DNA of 64,000 nucleotides from Candidatus Daviesbacteria bacterium GW2011_GWA1_41_61 (GCA_000997385.1 LCBT01000003.1:892-64891); one strand, 5' to 3'; positions 35,223 to 44,818 are shown, counted from the stretch's first letter. Translations and numbers: made by a program. The notes: a model not told the origin generated them from the sequence alone.

Positions 35223-35352
35223 TTAGTCTTAAACAAGTGGTTATAAATCCGCAGCTAAGTCTATTGACAAAAGTTTAGGAAATTGTAATTATATTGAGGG
35301 CCTCAAATTCTGCCTAAACCTCCCAAAGAAAGTCTAAGGTAAAATTGAAAAC

Positions 35353-36993
35353 GTGAAATATATCTTTGTTTCTGGTGGAGTTATTTCCGGTATCGGTAAA
35401 GGTATTGCTACAGCCTCTATTGCCCTCCTTTTAAAGTCCGCAGGTTTTAAAGTAGCCCCTTTAAAAATGGATCCTTATTTAAATGTAGATGCCGGAACAA
35501 TGAATCCCCTGGAACATGGTGAGGTGTTTGTCTTAGATGATGGAGCAGAAACAGATCAAGATCTCGGCCACTACGAAAGGTTTTTAGGAGAAAGTTTAAA
35601 TAAATCTAATATTGCTACTCAGGGTGATATTTATTTATCAGTTATTCAAAGGGAGAGAAATTTAGAATATGAGGGGAAATGTGTGGAAGTGGTAGCTCAT
35701 GTTACAGAGGAAATTATCAGAAGAATTCAAGATGCTGGAAGATCAAAGAATGCCGATATTGTTTTGGTGGAGATTGGAGGAACAACAGGTGAATATCAAA
35801 ATCTCTTATTTTTAGAAGCCAACAGACTTTTAAAACTTAAAAAGCATGATGATGTCCTTCATATCCATGTCACTTACTTACCCATCCCCAGCTTTTTAGG
35901 CGAAATGAAAAGCAAGCCTGCCCAGATGTCAGTGAGGGATTTACACTCAGTGGGCATTCAACCTGATATTATCTTAGCTCGGGCTGAGAAACCTCTGGAT
36001 GAAACCCGTATTAAGAAGTTAGCCTTTTTTACTGGACTGGAAACAGAGGATGTCATCTCTGCTCCCGATGTCCGCAATGTTTATGAGGTCCCAGTAAATT
36101 TTGATGAAGGAGGGTTAACTAATAGGATTCTGGAAAAACTTAAACTTAAAAGAAAACATAAAGATCTTAAAACCTGGCGGGTTTTTTTAAAGAAGATGCA
36201 ATCAGCTCAAAAGCAGGTCAAAATTGCTATTGTTGGTAAGTATTTTTCTACCGGTGACTTTACTTTAGTTGATTCTTACATCTCAGTTATTGAAGCCTTA
36301 AAACATGCAGCTTTTACTTTGGGTTTTAAGCCAGAAATAGCCTGGATTGATTCTGGGAAACTGTTAAAAGATATAAACCAACTAAAAACTTACCAAGGAA
36401 TTATTGTGCCCGGAGGCTTTGGTTCCCGGGATATTGAGGGTAAAATTGAGGCTATCAAATACTGTAGAGAGAATAAAATTCCTTACTTTGGACTGTGTTA
36501 TGGCATGCAGCTTTCGGTAGTAGAATATGCCAGGAATGTTTTAGGCTGGAAAGGAGCTAATACTACAGAAGTGGATTCGGATACTAAGTATCCGGTCATC
36601 CATATTATGTCGGACCAACAAAAGAAGCTGTTAAAAAAAGATTATGGTGGAACCATGAGGCTGGGGGCTTGGGAATGTAAGCTTAAGGCAGGTAGTTTAG
36701 TCAGAAAGCTTTATGGCACATTTGGCAAGCTCAGTGCAGGCAAATCCAGAATTTCGGAAAGACACCGGCACCGGTATGAGTTTAACAATGACTTTTTAGA
36801 AAAGTTTTTAAGCAATGGCTTGACTATCTCTGGAACAAGCCCTGATGGAAAATTGGTGGAAATCATTGAGTTAAAAAACCACCCCTTCTTTGTGGGTACC
36901 CAATTCCACCCGGAGTTAAAATCCCGTCCTTTAGAACCTCATCCATTATTTTTAGGGTTTGTCAAAGCAGCAGCAAAAATTGATCCATATTGA
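35353..36993 (+). CDS. pyrG: CTP synthase
   Basis: MKYIFVSGGVISGIGKGIATASIALLLK (synthetase P-loop-like N-terminus). C-terminal class I glutamine amidotransferase GLCYGMQL (catalytic Cys) and FHPE. Confidence 0.9.
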   Translation: MKYIFVSGGVISGIGKGIATASIALLLKSAGFKVAPLKMDPYLNVDAGTMNPLEHGEVFVLDDGAETDQDLGHYERFLGESLNKSNIATQGDIYLSVIQRERNLEYEGKCVEVVAHVTEEIIRRIQDAGRSKNADIVLVEIGGTTGEYQNLLFLEANRLLKLKKHDDVLHIHVTYLPIPSFLGEMKSKPAQMSVRDLHSVGIQPDIILARAEKPLDETRIKKLAFFTGLETEDVISAPDVRNVYEVPVNFDEGGLTNRILEKLKLKRKHKDLKTWRVFLKKMQSAQKQVKIAIVGKYFSTGDFTLVDSYISVIEALKHAAFTLGFKPEIAWIDSGKLLKDINQLKTYQGIIVPGGFGSRDIEGKIEAIKYCRENKIPYFGLCYGMQLSVVEYARNVLGWKGANTTEVDSDTKYPVIHIMSDQQKKLLKKDYGGTMRLGAWECKLKAGSLVRKLYGTFGKLSAGKSRISERHRHRYEFNNDFLEKFLSNGLTISGTSPDGKLVEIIELKNHPFFVGTQFHPELKSRPLEPHPLFLGFVKAAAKIDPY

Positions 36994-37042
36994 TCCAGTT
37001 GCAAAAAAATCCTTGTATGTTTAAAGTAAGGTCATTACAAGT

Positions 37043-37804
37043 ATGCCTAGGTCTAAACTAAATTCTCACTCCAACGATGAGCATTTTTTTAAGAGATTAG
37101 AAGAAAGTTTCCACCAATTTTTAAAAACTAGCTATCGAGTTAATGGTGAGGATAAAAAAGAAGAACGTCCTTCTCCTTTTGATCTTGTAGGGACTTTACC
37201 TGACTGGGCTTTAAAAGAGCATATCAGACAAGGAATAATCAAACTTGACCCTTTAGCTGAAAACTGGGAAACATTAGTGGATGAAGTAACTATTGACCTT
37301 CACCTAGGCAACAAACTCCGGGTCTTTACTAATGATGGCTTAAACATTATCGACACCAGGTTTACCACCAAAGAGGAGATTGAAGGAATGATGAGAATGG
37401 TGGAGCTTAAGCCTGGCCAGCCATTTATCTTAACTGAGAATGAGTTTGTTATTGCCACTACCCGGGAAAAACTAACCCTGCCGGATGATGTTGTAGGACA
37501 CCTTCATGGTAAAAGCAGTTTAGCTAGGTTAGGGATTGCTGTTCACTCCACTGCTGCCAGGTTTGATCCAGGCTGGGATGGCTGCCCGGTATTAGAGTTT
37601 GGAACTTTCCTCAAAGGTAAGAAAATAGTTATATATGAAGGCAGTCCTATCTGCGCTTTTTCCTTTGAAAAAATGGCAGCTAAAGTTGATAGACCTTATA
37701 TCAAAAACCCCTACACTTATGCTGGTAGTACCTCTCCTGAAGTCTCTAATATTTCCAGGATTACACCGGGAAAGATCTATACTTCTCAGATAAAAAGAAG
37801 GTAA
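37043..37804 (+). CDS. dcd: dCTP deaminase / dUTPase-superfamily protein with N-terminal extension
   Basis: GKSSLARLGIAVHSTAARFDPGWDG resembles the Dcd/Dut motif 3 region (G-x-S-S-L-A-R-x-G ... D-P-G-[FW]). About 50-aa N-terminal extension. Confidence 0.6.
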   Translation: MPRSKLNSHSNDEHFFKRLEESFHQFLKTSYRVNGEDKKEERPSPFDLVGTLPDWALKEHIRQGIIKLDPLAENWETLVDEVTIDLHLGNKLRVFTNDGLNIIDTRFTTKEEIEGMMRMVELKPGQPFILTENEFVIATTREKLTLPDDVVGHLHGKSSLARLGIAVHSTAARFDPGWDGCPVLEFGTFLKGKKIVIYEGSPICAFSFEKMAAKVDRPYIKNPYTYAGSTSPEVSNISRITPGKIYTSQIKRR

Positions 37805-37806
37805 TT

Positions 37807-38808
37807 ATGGCTAAGCAAAAACATCCTGAGTATCAATATTTGGATTTATTAAAAGATATCCTTAAGAATGGTGTAGAAAATATTGACGAGGGTACGGATG
37901 CTAAATCTTACGGGGTTTTTGGGCGGCAGATCCGTTTTAATTTGGCCGATGGTTTTCCCCTCTTAACCACCAAAAAAGTTTACTGGAAAGGGGTGTTGCA
38001 GGAACTTTACTGGTTTATCTCAGGACAGTCTAATATCAGGTATCTAACAGAAAACGGGGTCCATATTTGGGACGATTATCCCTATAAAATTTATAACGAG
38101 AAAGTGGCCAAAGGAGAAATTCCAGCTCTAAGCAAAGAAGAGTTTGTGCAAAAAATTGCTGAAGATGAGGCCTTTGCTGATAAGTTTGGACATTTATATC
38201 ATGTCTACGGAGATTTTTGGCGTCACTGGCCAACCAGAAATCCAGATAAAACCATTGATCAGCTAAGGTGGCTTATAAATGAAATTAAAGCTGATCCTTA
38301 TGCTCGCAATGCGGTAGTGAGTGTGTGGAATCCGGAATATATGTACAACATGGCTCCTAACCCTGAGGAGGCAGTAAGGTTCCCACTCTGCCATATTCTT
38401 TACCAGGTGAGTGTAAAGGGTGGAAAACTTAATCTCCAGCTCTATCAAAGAACTGCTGACATGTTCTTGGGAGTTCCTTTTAATATTGCCAGTTATGCTC
38501 TACTGACTATTCTTTTAGCTCAGCTTTTGGGATATAAACCAGGGGAGTTTATACATACCTTTGGGGATGCTCATATTTATGACAACCATTTTGATCAGGT
38601 TAAAGAACAAATTAAGAGAAAGCCTAAACCTTTCCCTACAATTACTATTGATTCTTCGGTCAAAGATATTGATGATTTTAAACCAGAGTTGGTGACTTTG
38701 GAAAACTATGATCCTCACCCGAGCTTAAAGGGAGAACTTTCTGTGGTGGGAGGATATATTGCTGGCAAAAAGAAAAGGCCTCCTCTAAATGCACAACTCC
38801 AAGCTTAG
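37807..38808 (+). CDS. thyA: thymidylate synthase (ThyA type)
   Basis: FGRQIRFNLADGFPLLTTKKVYWKGVLQELYWFISG and catalytic RFPLCHILYQ (P-C-H). 333 aa, with insertions relative to the 264-aa E. coli enzyme. Confidence 0.9.
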   Translation: MAKQKHPEYQYLDLLKDILKNGVENIDEGTDAKSYGVFGRQIRFNLADGFPLLTTKKVYWKGVLQELYWFISGQSNIRYLTENGVHIWDDYPYKIYNEKVAKGEIPALSKEEFVQKIAEDEAFADKFGHLYHVYGDFWRHWPTRNPDKTIDQLRWLINEIKADPYARNAVVSVWNPEYMYNMAPNPEEAVRFPLCHILYQVSVKGGKLNLQLYQRTADMFLGVPFNIASYALLTILLAQLLGYKPGEFIHTFGDAHIYDNHFDQVKEQIKRKPKPFPTITIDSSVKDIDDFKPELVTLENYDPHPSLKGELSVVGGYIAGKKKRPPLNAQLQA

Positions 38809-39280
38809 TATTATTGTGGCCATGGGTAATAATCGGGCCATAGGAGGTAAAAATGGTCTGCTTTGGCATATTCCAGCTGAGCTTAAAAGGTTTAAGGAGA
38901 TCACCATGGGTCATCCAATAATTATGGGCAGAAAAACCCATCAGGGTATTGGCAGGCCTTTACCCGGAAGAACCAATATTGTTATTACCAAAGATCTGGA
39001 GTTTAAAGCTGAAGGAGTATTAGTTACTCATTCTTTGGAAGAAGCCCTTCAACAAGCTCATGGTAAATCAGGAGATAGTGAGGTGTTTATCATTGGCGGA
39101 GGACAGATTTACCAGCAGGCTTTACCTTTGGCAGACAAACTATATCTAACTTCAGTAGAAGGTGATTTTCCGGGGGCTGATACCTTCTTCCCGGATTATT
39201 CTCAGTTTACTAAAGTGATTTCTGAAAATATCGGAGAAGACGCCGGCTTTAAGTTTAAATTCCTAGAGCTGGAAAGATAA
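38789..39280 (+). CDS. folA: dihydrofolate reductase
   Basis: LSIIVAMGNNRAIGGKNGLLWHIPAELKRFKEITMGHPIIMGRKTHQGIGRPLPGRTNIVIT is a classic DHFR N-terminus. Overlaps thyA by 20 nt. Confidence 0.85.
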   Translation: MHNSKLSIIVAMGNNRAIGGKNGLLWHIPAELKRFKEITMGHPIIMGRKTHQGIGRPLPGRTNIVITKDLEFKAEGVLVTHSLEEALQQAHGKSGDSEVFIIGGGQIYQQALPLADKLYLTSVEGDFPGADTFFPDYSQFTKVISENIGEDAGFKFKFLELER

Positions 39281-39360
39281 TTAGCCTTGCAAGACCAGGT
39301 CTTTTGTGGCTGTGAATTTGATAACTTGATATTTTAAGGGTTTTTGTCTAAATTAACTGC

Positions 39361-39930
39361 ATGGCTGTTTTGGGGCTTGATGAAGTTTTAAGAAGAGTAA
39401 AAGAAGAAGGTCTGCTGGAAAACCTGGGAGACCGGGAGTTAAATAACCCTGAAGGGGTAGGTCTTGATCTTCGTTTGGGTAAAGTCTTTAAAATAGTAGA
39501 AGGTGGGGCTTTTATTGAGTGTGATGGGGAGGTAGGGTTAGGTTTAAGAAAAGGGGTTAAAACAGAGGTTCTAGCTGAATACAAAGAAGGTTCCAAGACT
39601 CAAGAAGAAGTAATTATTAATCCAGGAGATTATTATTTAGTTCAGACTTTAGAAACAGTTAATACTCCCGAAGATGTTATGCCTATGATTTATCCCAGAA
39701 GCAGCTTATTTAGAGCTGGTCTACTTCTATTAAATTCCAAAACAGATCCAGGCTATAAAGGCTCTTTAACCATGGGACTAAAAAACCTAAGTGAGTTTGA
39801 TGTTAAGTTACAGATGGGAGCCAGGATTTGTAATATGGTCTTTTATAAAATAGAAGGAAAAACAGTTAACTACAGAGGCCAGCACCAAGGTGGTAGGGTC
39901 TCTCCCCATGAAGCCGAAAGACAGGTTTAA
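39361..39930 (+). CDS. second dCTP deaminase / dUTPase-family protein
   Basis: GYKGSLTMGLKNLSEFDVKLQMGARICNMVF parallels Dcd G-F-E-G-x-I-T-L-E-L-x-N ... G-x-R-I-A-Q-L-V-F. Confidence 0.6.
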   Translation: MAVLGLDEVLRRVKEEGLLENLGDRELNNPEGVGLDLRLGKVFKIVEGGAFIECDGEVGLGLRKGVKTEVLAEYKEGSKTQEEVIINPGDYYLVQTLETVNTPEDVMPMIYPRSSLFRAGLLLLNSKTDPGYKGSLTMGLKNLSEFDVKLQMGARICNMVFYKIEGKTVNYRGQHQGGRVSPHEAERQV

Positions 39931-40649
39931 GATTGAGGTGTTGAGAACTGGCCGTAGACAGTTGACATGTAAAATCTCATTAGCGCCTCAGTGAGAACTC
40001 TTTTTTCCTGCTGAACTGATTTAATAGAATCGCTTCCGTGGACCAAACTGTTTGGCATAATATCCAGTAAGCCATGTTTTCCTCTAATAGAATTGGGATC
40101 AGCTTGCTCCGGATTTGTTTTGCCCATAGTTGTTCTCCAATAAGTCACAGCATCTTCTCCGTCTATGAATAAAACAGTGAGGGGACCGGAAGTGGTAAAG
40201 CGAGTGATGGCTTCGAACAGAGGAAGTTTGCCGAAGTCGTTATAGCGAGTTCTTTGCGCTATAAATTTCTCTCTGTATTCTTCCCTAAGAGACGCATAAA
40301 AAAGCTCTGCTTCACTTCTGCTAAGAGCAAAAGGCAGATGAAAAGCTAGTCTTTCTCGACCGACCAAACCTAAAAGAACTTCAGCTGCTTGCTCGTCATC
40401 TGGGGGTAAGTTTCTACCTTCGTGGGCATTAGGTTTGATGAGTCCGATGGTCAATCTGCCTGCCGTAATCATTTGAGTTACTTTCTCAGAGTGAAGGGTG
40501 GCAATAATACGAGTGATTTGTTTACTATCTGGGACGCTGATGGGAGACACACCACACCTACACTGTTCTATTGTTCTCCAAGCTTTCTGCCGGCTAGAGT
40601 AGCAATTAGGGATTTGAAGGCTACGCAGTTCTGAATCTTCGACTGACAT
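39927..40649 (-). CDS. ndk: nucleoside diphosphate kinase, possibly with N-terminal Cys-containing extension
   Basis: LTIGLIKPNAHEG, active-site NSLVHGSDS (N-x-x-H-G-S-D) and YASLREEY. The canonical core could start at internal MITAGR (40472); the upstream 59 aa (CYSS...CRCG) may be an extension or 5' UTR. Confidence 0.8.
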   Translation of the reverse strand: MSVEDSELRSLQIPNCYSSRQKAWRTIEQCRCGVSPISVPDSKQITRIIATLHSEKVTQMITAGRLTIGLIKPNAHEGRNLPPDDEQAAEVLLGLVGRERLAFHLPFALSRSEAELFYASLREEYREKFIAQRTRYNDFGKLPLFEAITRFTTSGPLTVLFIDGEDAVTYWRTTMGKTNPEQADPNSIRGKHGLLDIMPNSLVHGSDSIKSVQQEKRVLTEALMRFYMSTVYGQFSTPQS

Positions 40650-41102
40650 TTGGTCAATTATATCTTTTCAAGTCTGGTAGTCAATAGTGTTGTTAGTTTT
40701 ATATCTTGTAGTTAAATTTTAGGGGCTTGACGAAGTCCGAACACTTTTGCTACAAATATATGATTTAGTGATTTTGTTACCCTTATACATATGGAAAGAG
40801 GAAAAGAAAATAAAGAGAACGAAGGGAAACAAGCTGTTCGGGAGAAGCATTACTCTGAAAAAGGAGGCCATTTTCTTCGAGGTCGGTATTGGAAAGCTTG
40901 GGGATTATTAGGTGATTCTTCAGGACTGGAGGCTCGATCAACGGTATCCGTGCCAATGGAAATTAACTGGCAAAGAAGAAGGTTTATGCCCCGTTACTCT
41001 ATTCAGGATGGTAGGCGTTGATTTCTCTCAGATAGTTTGTTAAAATCTATTTATCAAACATCTATTGTTTAAGTTTTCCTGGAGCCCCAGACAGTAGAGA
41101 AG

Positions 41103-41975
41103 TTGAAGGAAAACATGAATTATTCACTTCCTTCCATGCAACAACTGTTGGAAGCTGGTGTCCATTTTGGACACCAAGTCCGCCGTGGCCATCCCAGAAT
41201 GAGGGAGTATATCTTTGGAGTGAGGGATGGTGTCCACATTATTAATCTTGAGCACTCAGACAAACTTTTAAAAGAGGCAGCGGAGTATGTTAATAAATTG
41301 GGGCAAGAAGGCAAGATAATCCTTTTTGTCGGAACTAAAAAACAGGCCCAACCAATAGTTGCCGAGTTAGCTAAAAAAGTGGGAACGCCTTTCGTCAACT
41401 ACCGCTGGATCGGCGGTACTTTAACCAACTTTGAAGAAATTAGAAAAAATATTAAGAAGCTTCAAGAGCTCAAAGAGAAAAAGGAAAAGGGAGAGCTTTC
41501 CCGCACTAAAAAAGAGCAGCTGTTAATCTCTAGAAAGCTGGAGAAGTTTGATTTAGAGTGGGGCGGTGTGGCCCGGATGGATCAACTGCCTGATGCCCTG
41601 TTTATCATTGATTGCGTTACGGAAAAAACAGCGGTGGCAGAAGCTAACCGGATGAAAATTCCTCTGGTGGCTATCACTGATACTAACTGTAATCCAGCTT
41701 TAGTGGAGTATCCAGTTCCTGGTAATGATGATGCCACGAAATCTATCAAGATTATCAGTGAAGCGATAGCTTCAGCTTATGAGGAAGGGTTGAAAGAAAA
41801 TCAAAAATCAAAGGTCAAAGATCAAAAAGAGGAAAAAAGAGAGGTGGAAGATGTTAAAAAAGGGCCATCAGTAAAAACTGCTGGAGAAGTAGAAGAGGGT
41901 GTGAGCCCGGAGATTGCTGATTTAGAAAAAAAGGTGGAAAAAGAGGTGGTGGAAGAGTCTAAGGGAGTAGTTTAA
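41103..41975 (+). CDS. rpsB: ribosomal protein uS2 with Lys/Glu-rich C-terminal tail
   Basis: MQQLLEAGVHFGHQVRRGHPRM and PDALFIIDCVTEKTAVAEANRMKIPLVAITDTN. Confidence 0.9.
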   Translation: MKENMNYSLPSMQQLLEAGVHFGHQVRRGHPRMREYIFGVRDGVHIINLEHSDKLLKEAAEYVNKLGQEGKIILFVGTKKQAQPIVAELAKKVGTPFVNYRWIGGTLTNFEEIRKNIKKLQELKEKKEKGELSRTKKEQLLISRKLEKFDLEWGGVARMDQLPDALFIIDCVTEKTAVAEANRMKIPLVAITDTNCNPALVEYPVPGNDDATKSIKIISEAIASAYEEGLKENQKSKVKDQKEEKREVEDVKKGPSVKTAGEVEEGVSPEIADLEKKVEKEVVEESKGVV

Positions 41976-42424
41976 TGGATATTGAAAAGATTAAAAAATT
42001 AAGAGAAGAAACTGGAGCAGGAATTGCCGACTGTAGGGAGGCCCTAATTTTATCGAAGGGCGATATCAAAAAGGCTAAAGCCTGGTTAAAACAAAGAGGC
42101 TTGGATAAGGCAGCGAAAAAAGTTGAGAGGGTAGTTAAAAACGGTTTGGTGGAAGTTTACTCTCATGGAGGAAAAGTAGGAGTGGTGGTAGAAGTACTTT
42201 GTGAAACAGACTTTGTAGCTAAAACTGAAGATTTCAAAAATTTAGCCCACGAGTTGGCTTTACAGATTGCTTCCATGAACCCACAAAGTTCTGAAGAATT
42301 ATTAAGACAGGAATACATTAGAGATGGTTCCCAAACTATAGAACAACTTATTAAATCTATGATAGGTAAATTGGGTGAAAATATCCAGGTTGGAAAGTTT
42401 GCTAGAATAGCATTAAGGGAGTAA
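41975..42424 (+). CDS. tsf: elongation factor Ts, short form (about 150 aa)
   Basis: IKKLREETGAGIADCREALILSKGDIKKAKAWLKQRG (UBA-like N-terminal domain). TAA/ATG overlap with rpsB. Confidence 0.85.
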   Translation: MDIEKIKKLREETGAGIADCREALILSKGDIKKAKAWLKQRGLDKAAKKVERVVKNGLVEVYSHGGKVGVVVEVLCETDFVAKTEDFKNLAHELALQIASMNPQSSEELLRQEYIRDGSQTIEQLIKSMIGKLGENIQVGKFARIALRE

Positions 42425-42978
42425 TGGATCCAGTTTTAACAGAAGCTAACCAAAGAATCCAGGCAGCTTTAGATCACCTCAAACGGGAGTTGGCTGCTAT
42501 TAGGGCTGGGAGAGCTAACCCTTCTTTAATTGAAGAAATTCCGGTCAACTCTTATGGTTCTAGAATGAAGCTCCAGGAAGTAGGGACTATCTCTGCTCCT
42601 CAACCAAACTTACTAACTATTCAAGTTTGGGATGTCGGTGTCGTGCAGGATGTCATTAAAGCTATTCAAGAGGCTAATTTAGGACTTAATCCTTCTTCTG
42701 AAGGACAGATAGTAAGGATCCCCATTCCTTCTTTAACAGCCGAGAGGAGAGAAGAATTTATCAAGCTTGCCCACCAAAAGATGGAACAAGCCAGAATTGA
42801 GATCAGACAGATCAGGCAGGATATTAGAGAAGATTGGCAAAAACAACAAGAGAGTGGAGAATTTGGGGAAGATGAATTTAGAAGGAGGGAAAAAATTTTG
42901 CAGGATGTAGTGGAGAAATCAATAGATCAGATTGAACAGATGGGGAAGGCTAAGGAAGAGGAGCTGTCACAAGTATAG
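42424..42978 (+). CDS. frr: ribosome recycling factor
   Basis: 184 aa RRF pattern (…LAAIRAGRANPSLIEEIPVNSYGS… and a C-terminal coiled region). Follows tsf directly, with no pyrH in between. Confidence 0.9.
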   Translation: MDPVLTEANQRIQAALDHLKRELAAIRAGRANPSLIEEIPVNSYGSRMKLQEVGTISAPQPNLLTIQVWDVGVVQDVIKAIQEANLGLNPSSEGQIVRIPIPSLTAERREEFIKLAHQKMEQARIEIRQIRQDIREDWQKQQESGEFGEDEFRRREKILQDVVEKSIDQIEQMGKAKEEELSQV

Positions 42979-42988
42979 AGTCTTCATT

Positions 42989-44119
42989 ATGTTACTGACC
43001 ATTGCCGTTTTTGCCATCGCGCTGTTAATCCTGGTTTTGTCCCATGAGTTTGGGCATTTCATTATGGCCAAAAAGTTTGGGGTCAAAGTTTTAGAGTTTG
43101 GTTTTGGCATACCACCCAGGATTTGGGGTAAAAAGTGGGGTGGTACCTTAGTTTCTTTAAATTTTCTTCCTGTAGGAGGGTTTGTCAGACTTTTGGGAGA
43201 AGATGAGGCTGATAAGAAAGTCTTACAAGATAAGGGCTCTTTTGCGGTAAAGCCAGTCTGGCAAAGAATAATTATGGTAGCTGCCGGGGTAGCGATGAAC
43301 CTTCTTTTAGCCGTAGTTTTGTTTTATATAGTCTTAGCAGCTCAAGGTTTTAAAGCCCGTCTTCCGCTGCTTATCCCCTTTAATTTTGCCGGAGTTACTC
43401 AAGTTGAGGAGTCCGCTGTTTTAATTGCCAGCGTTAATCCTAACTCTCCGGCTCAAGCTGCCGGAATAAAAGCCGGTGATCAGGTGACAGCAGTTGATGG
43501 GGCAACTATCTCTGAGTCCCAGCAGTTGTCAGATATTACCAAACAGCACTTAGGAGAGAAAATAACTTTGGTATTAAGTAATGAACAAGGGGAGAAAAAA
43601 ACGGTGGAAGTTATGCCACGCCAAAATCCTCCCGAAGGAGAAGGGCCTTTAGGAATAGGTATGAGTACAGTTAAAGTAGCCAATCTGTCTTTTGAAACTC
43701 CTTCTCAAAAATTGGCCTCAGGGGTAGTTCACAGTTATAATTTAACTACCTATTCTGTAGCAGTTTTGGGAGAGATTATCTCTTCAGCCATCAAAGCCAA
43801 AGATTTAGAGCCTGTTTCTGGGACAGTAGTGGGGCCATTTGGGCTGGCTAATTTAACCAGGGAGATTTTAAAGATGGACAATCCTTTGATTCCATACTTA
43901 AGCTTTGTAGCTTTGTTGTCTTTAAACTTAGCTATTATTAATATTTTGCCTATCCCAGCTTTAGACGGCGGGAGAATCTTCTTTTTAGTAATTGAAGGGA
44001 TAGTGGGAAAAAGAGTCAAGCCAAATGTAGAGAGGCTGATCCATGCCGCCGGAATGGTGGCTTTATTGGCCTTAATAATATTGGTAACCTTCTCTGATAT
44101 CAAAAAGATCTTTTTTTAG
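42989..44119 (+). CDS. rseP: site-2 protease RseP (M50 zinc metalloprotease with PDZ domain)
   Basis: HEFGHFIMAKKFGV (HExxH in TM1), PDZ-like region (GIKAGDQVTAVDG) and LNLAIINILPIPALDGGRIF (LDG motif). The ORF-track start at 42932 overlaps frr; ATG 42989 is preferred. Confidence 0.8.
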   Translation: MLLTIAVFAIALLILVLSHEFGHFIMAKKFGVKVLEFGFGIPPRIWGKKWGGTLVSLNFLPVGGFVRLLGEDEADKKVLQDKGSFAVKPVWQRIIMVAAGVAMNLLLAVVLFYIVLAAQGFKARLPLLIPFNFAGVTQVEESAVLIASVNPNSPAQAAGIKAGDQVTAVDGATISESQQLSDITKQHLGEKITLVLSNEQGEKKTVEVMPRQNPPEGEGPLGIGMSTVKVANLSFETPSQKLASGVVHSYNLTTYSVAVLGEIISSAIKAKDLEPVSGTVVGPFGLANLTREILKMDNPLIPYLSFVALLSLNLAIINILPIPALDGGRIFFLVIEGIVGKRVKPNVERLIHAAGMVALLALIILVTFSDIKKIFF

Positions 44120-44818
44120 TTGGAGGACTTGACAGGGTCCAAGCTTTCGTTTTACACTAAAAGGGTGACTAACGGTAAGATTACTTCCATCTTCTTTCTT
44201 GGTGTAACTATATTCCTTTTTTCAGCAGTTATGGTTTTAGCTGCTAAACCCGTTTTAGTCAGGGGCCAGGATGTTTCAGACAGCCCCAGGGCAACTTCCC
44301 CGGGTAAGTTAAACCGGGCAACTGATGCTGCTCAGAATGCCCAAGGTAAACTACGTTCCTGTCAAGCGCGGGAAGCTGCGGTCAAAAACCGTTCGGAACA
44401 GATTGTCAAATTCTCTGATAATATGCTTACCAAGTTTGCTTCTATCTCCGCCAGGGTTCAAAATTTCTATACTGAAAAAGTTCAACCATCTGGTAAAACG
44501 GTTGCTAACTACAATACTCTACTAGCTGATATTGAGACTAAGAAAGCTTCTGCCTCAGCAGCAGTAGTCCAAGCTTCTGCTACAGCTTTAGCCTTTAGCT
44601 GTGAGGAGGCTCCCAAGGAGCAACTGAGAACTTTTCATCAGGATATGAAGAGGGTAATAGCTGCTTTGAAAGAATATAGGAGGTCAATTAGAAATCTGAT
44701 TGTGGCAGTTCATACGGCCTTAGGAGAAGGTGAAAAGTCAGCCAGCGGGGCAGCTAGAAAATTGATTCCTACTACTACAGTTACTCCCACGGCTACAGGA
44801 AGCGGGGGAACGCCATAA
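44120..44818 (+). CDS. hypothetical secreted/anchored alpha-helical protein
   Basis: N-terminal TM segment (IFFLGVTIFLFSAVMVLAA), then an Ala/Gln-rich helical region with two Cys. Confidence 0.4.
   Translation: MEDLTGSKLSFYTKRVTNGKITSIFFLGVTIFLFSAVMVLAAKPVLVRGQDVSDSPRATSPGKLNRATDAAQNAQGKLRSCQAREAAVKNRSEQIVKFSDNMLTKFASISARVQNFYTEKVQPSGKTVANYNTLLADIETKKASASAAVVQASATALAFSCEEAPKEQLRTFHQDMKRVIAALKEYRRSIRNLIVAVHTALGEGEKSASGAARKLIPTTTVTPTATGSGGTP

Noticed and set aside
40720-40760. RNase P RNA (GACGAAGUCCGAAC resembles the P4 GGAAAGUCCGG core)
   Set aside because: Only a partial 8-nt resemblance. No downstream ACAGAAxxCGGCUUA P4 partner and no GNRA/P10-P12 features were found, and the segment is too short.
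40791-41021. 76-aa ORF in the ndk-rpsB spacer as a protein-coding gene
   Set aside because: Arg/Gly/Trp-rich and unlike neighbouring composition, with no start context. More plausibly part of an untranslated leader or regulatory region (see finding).
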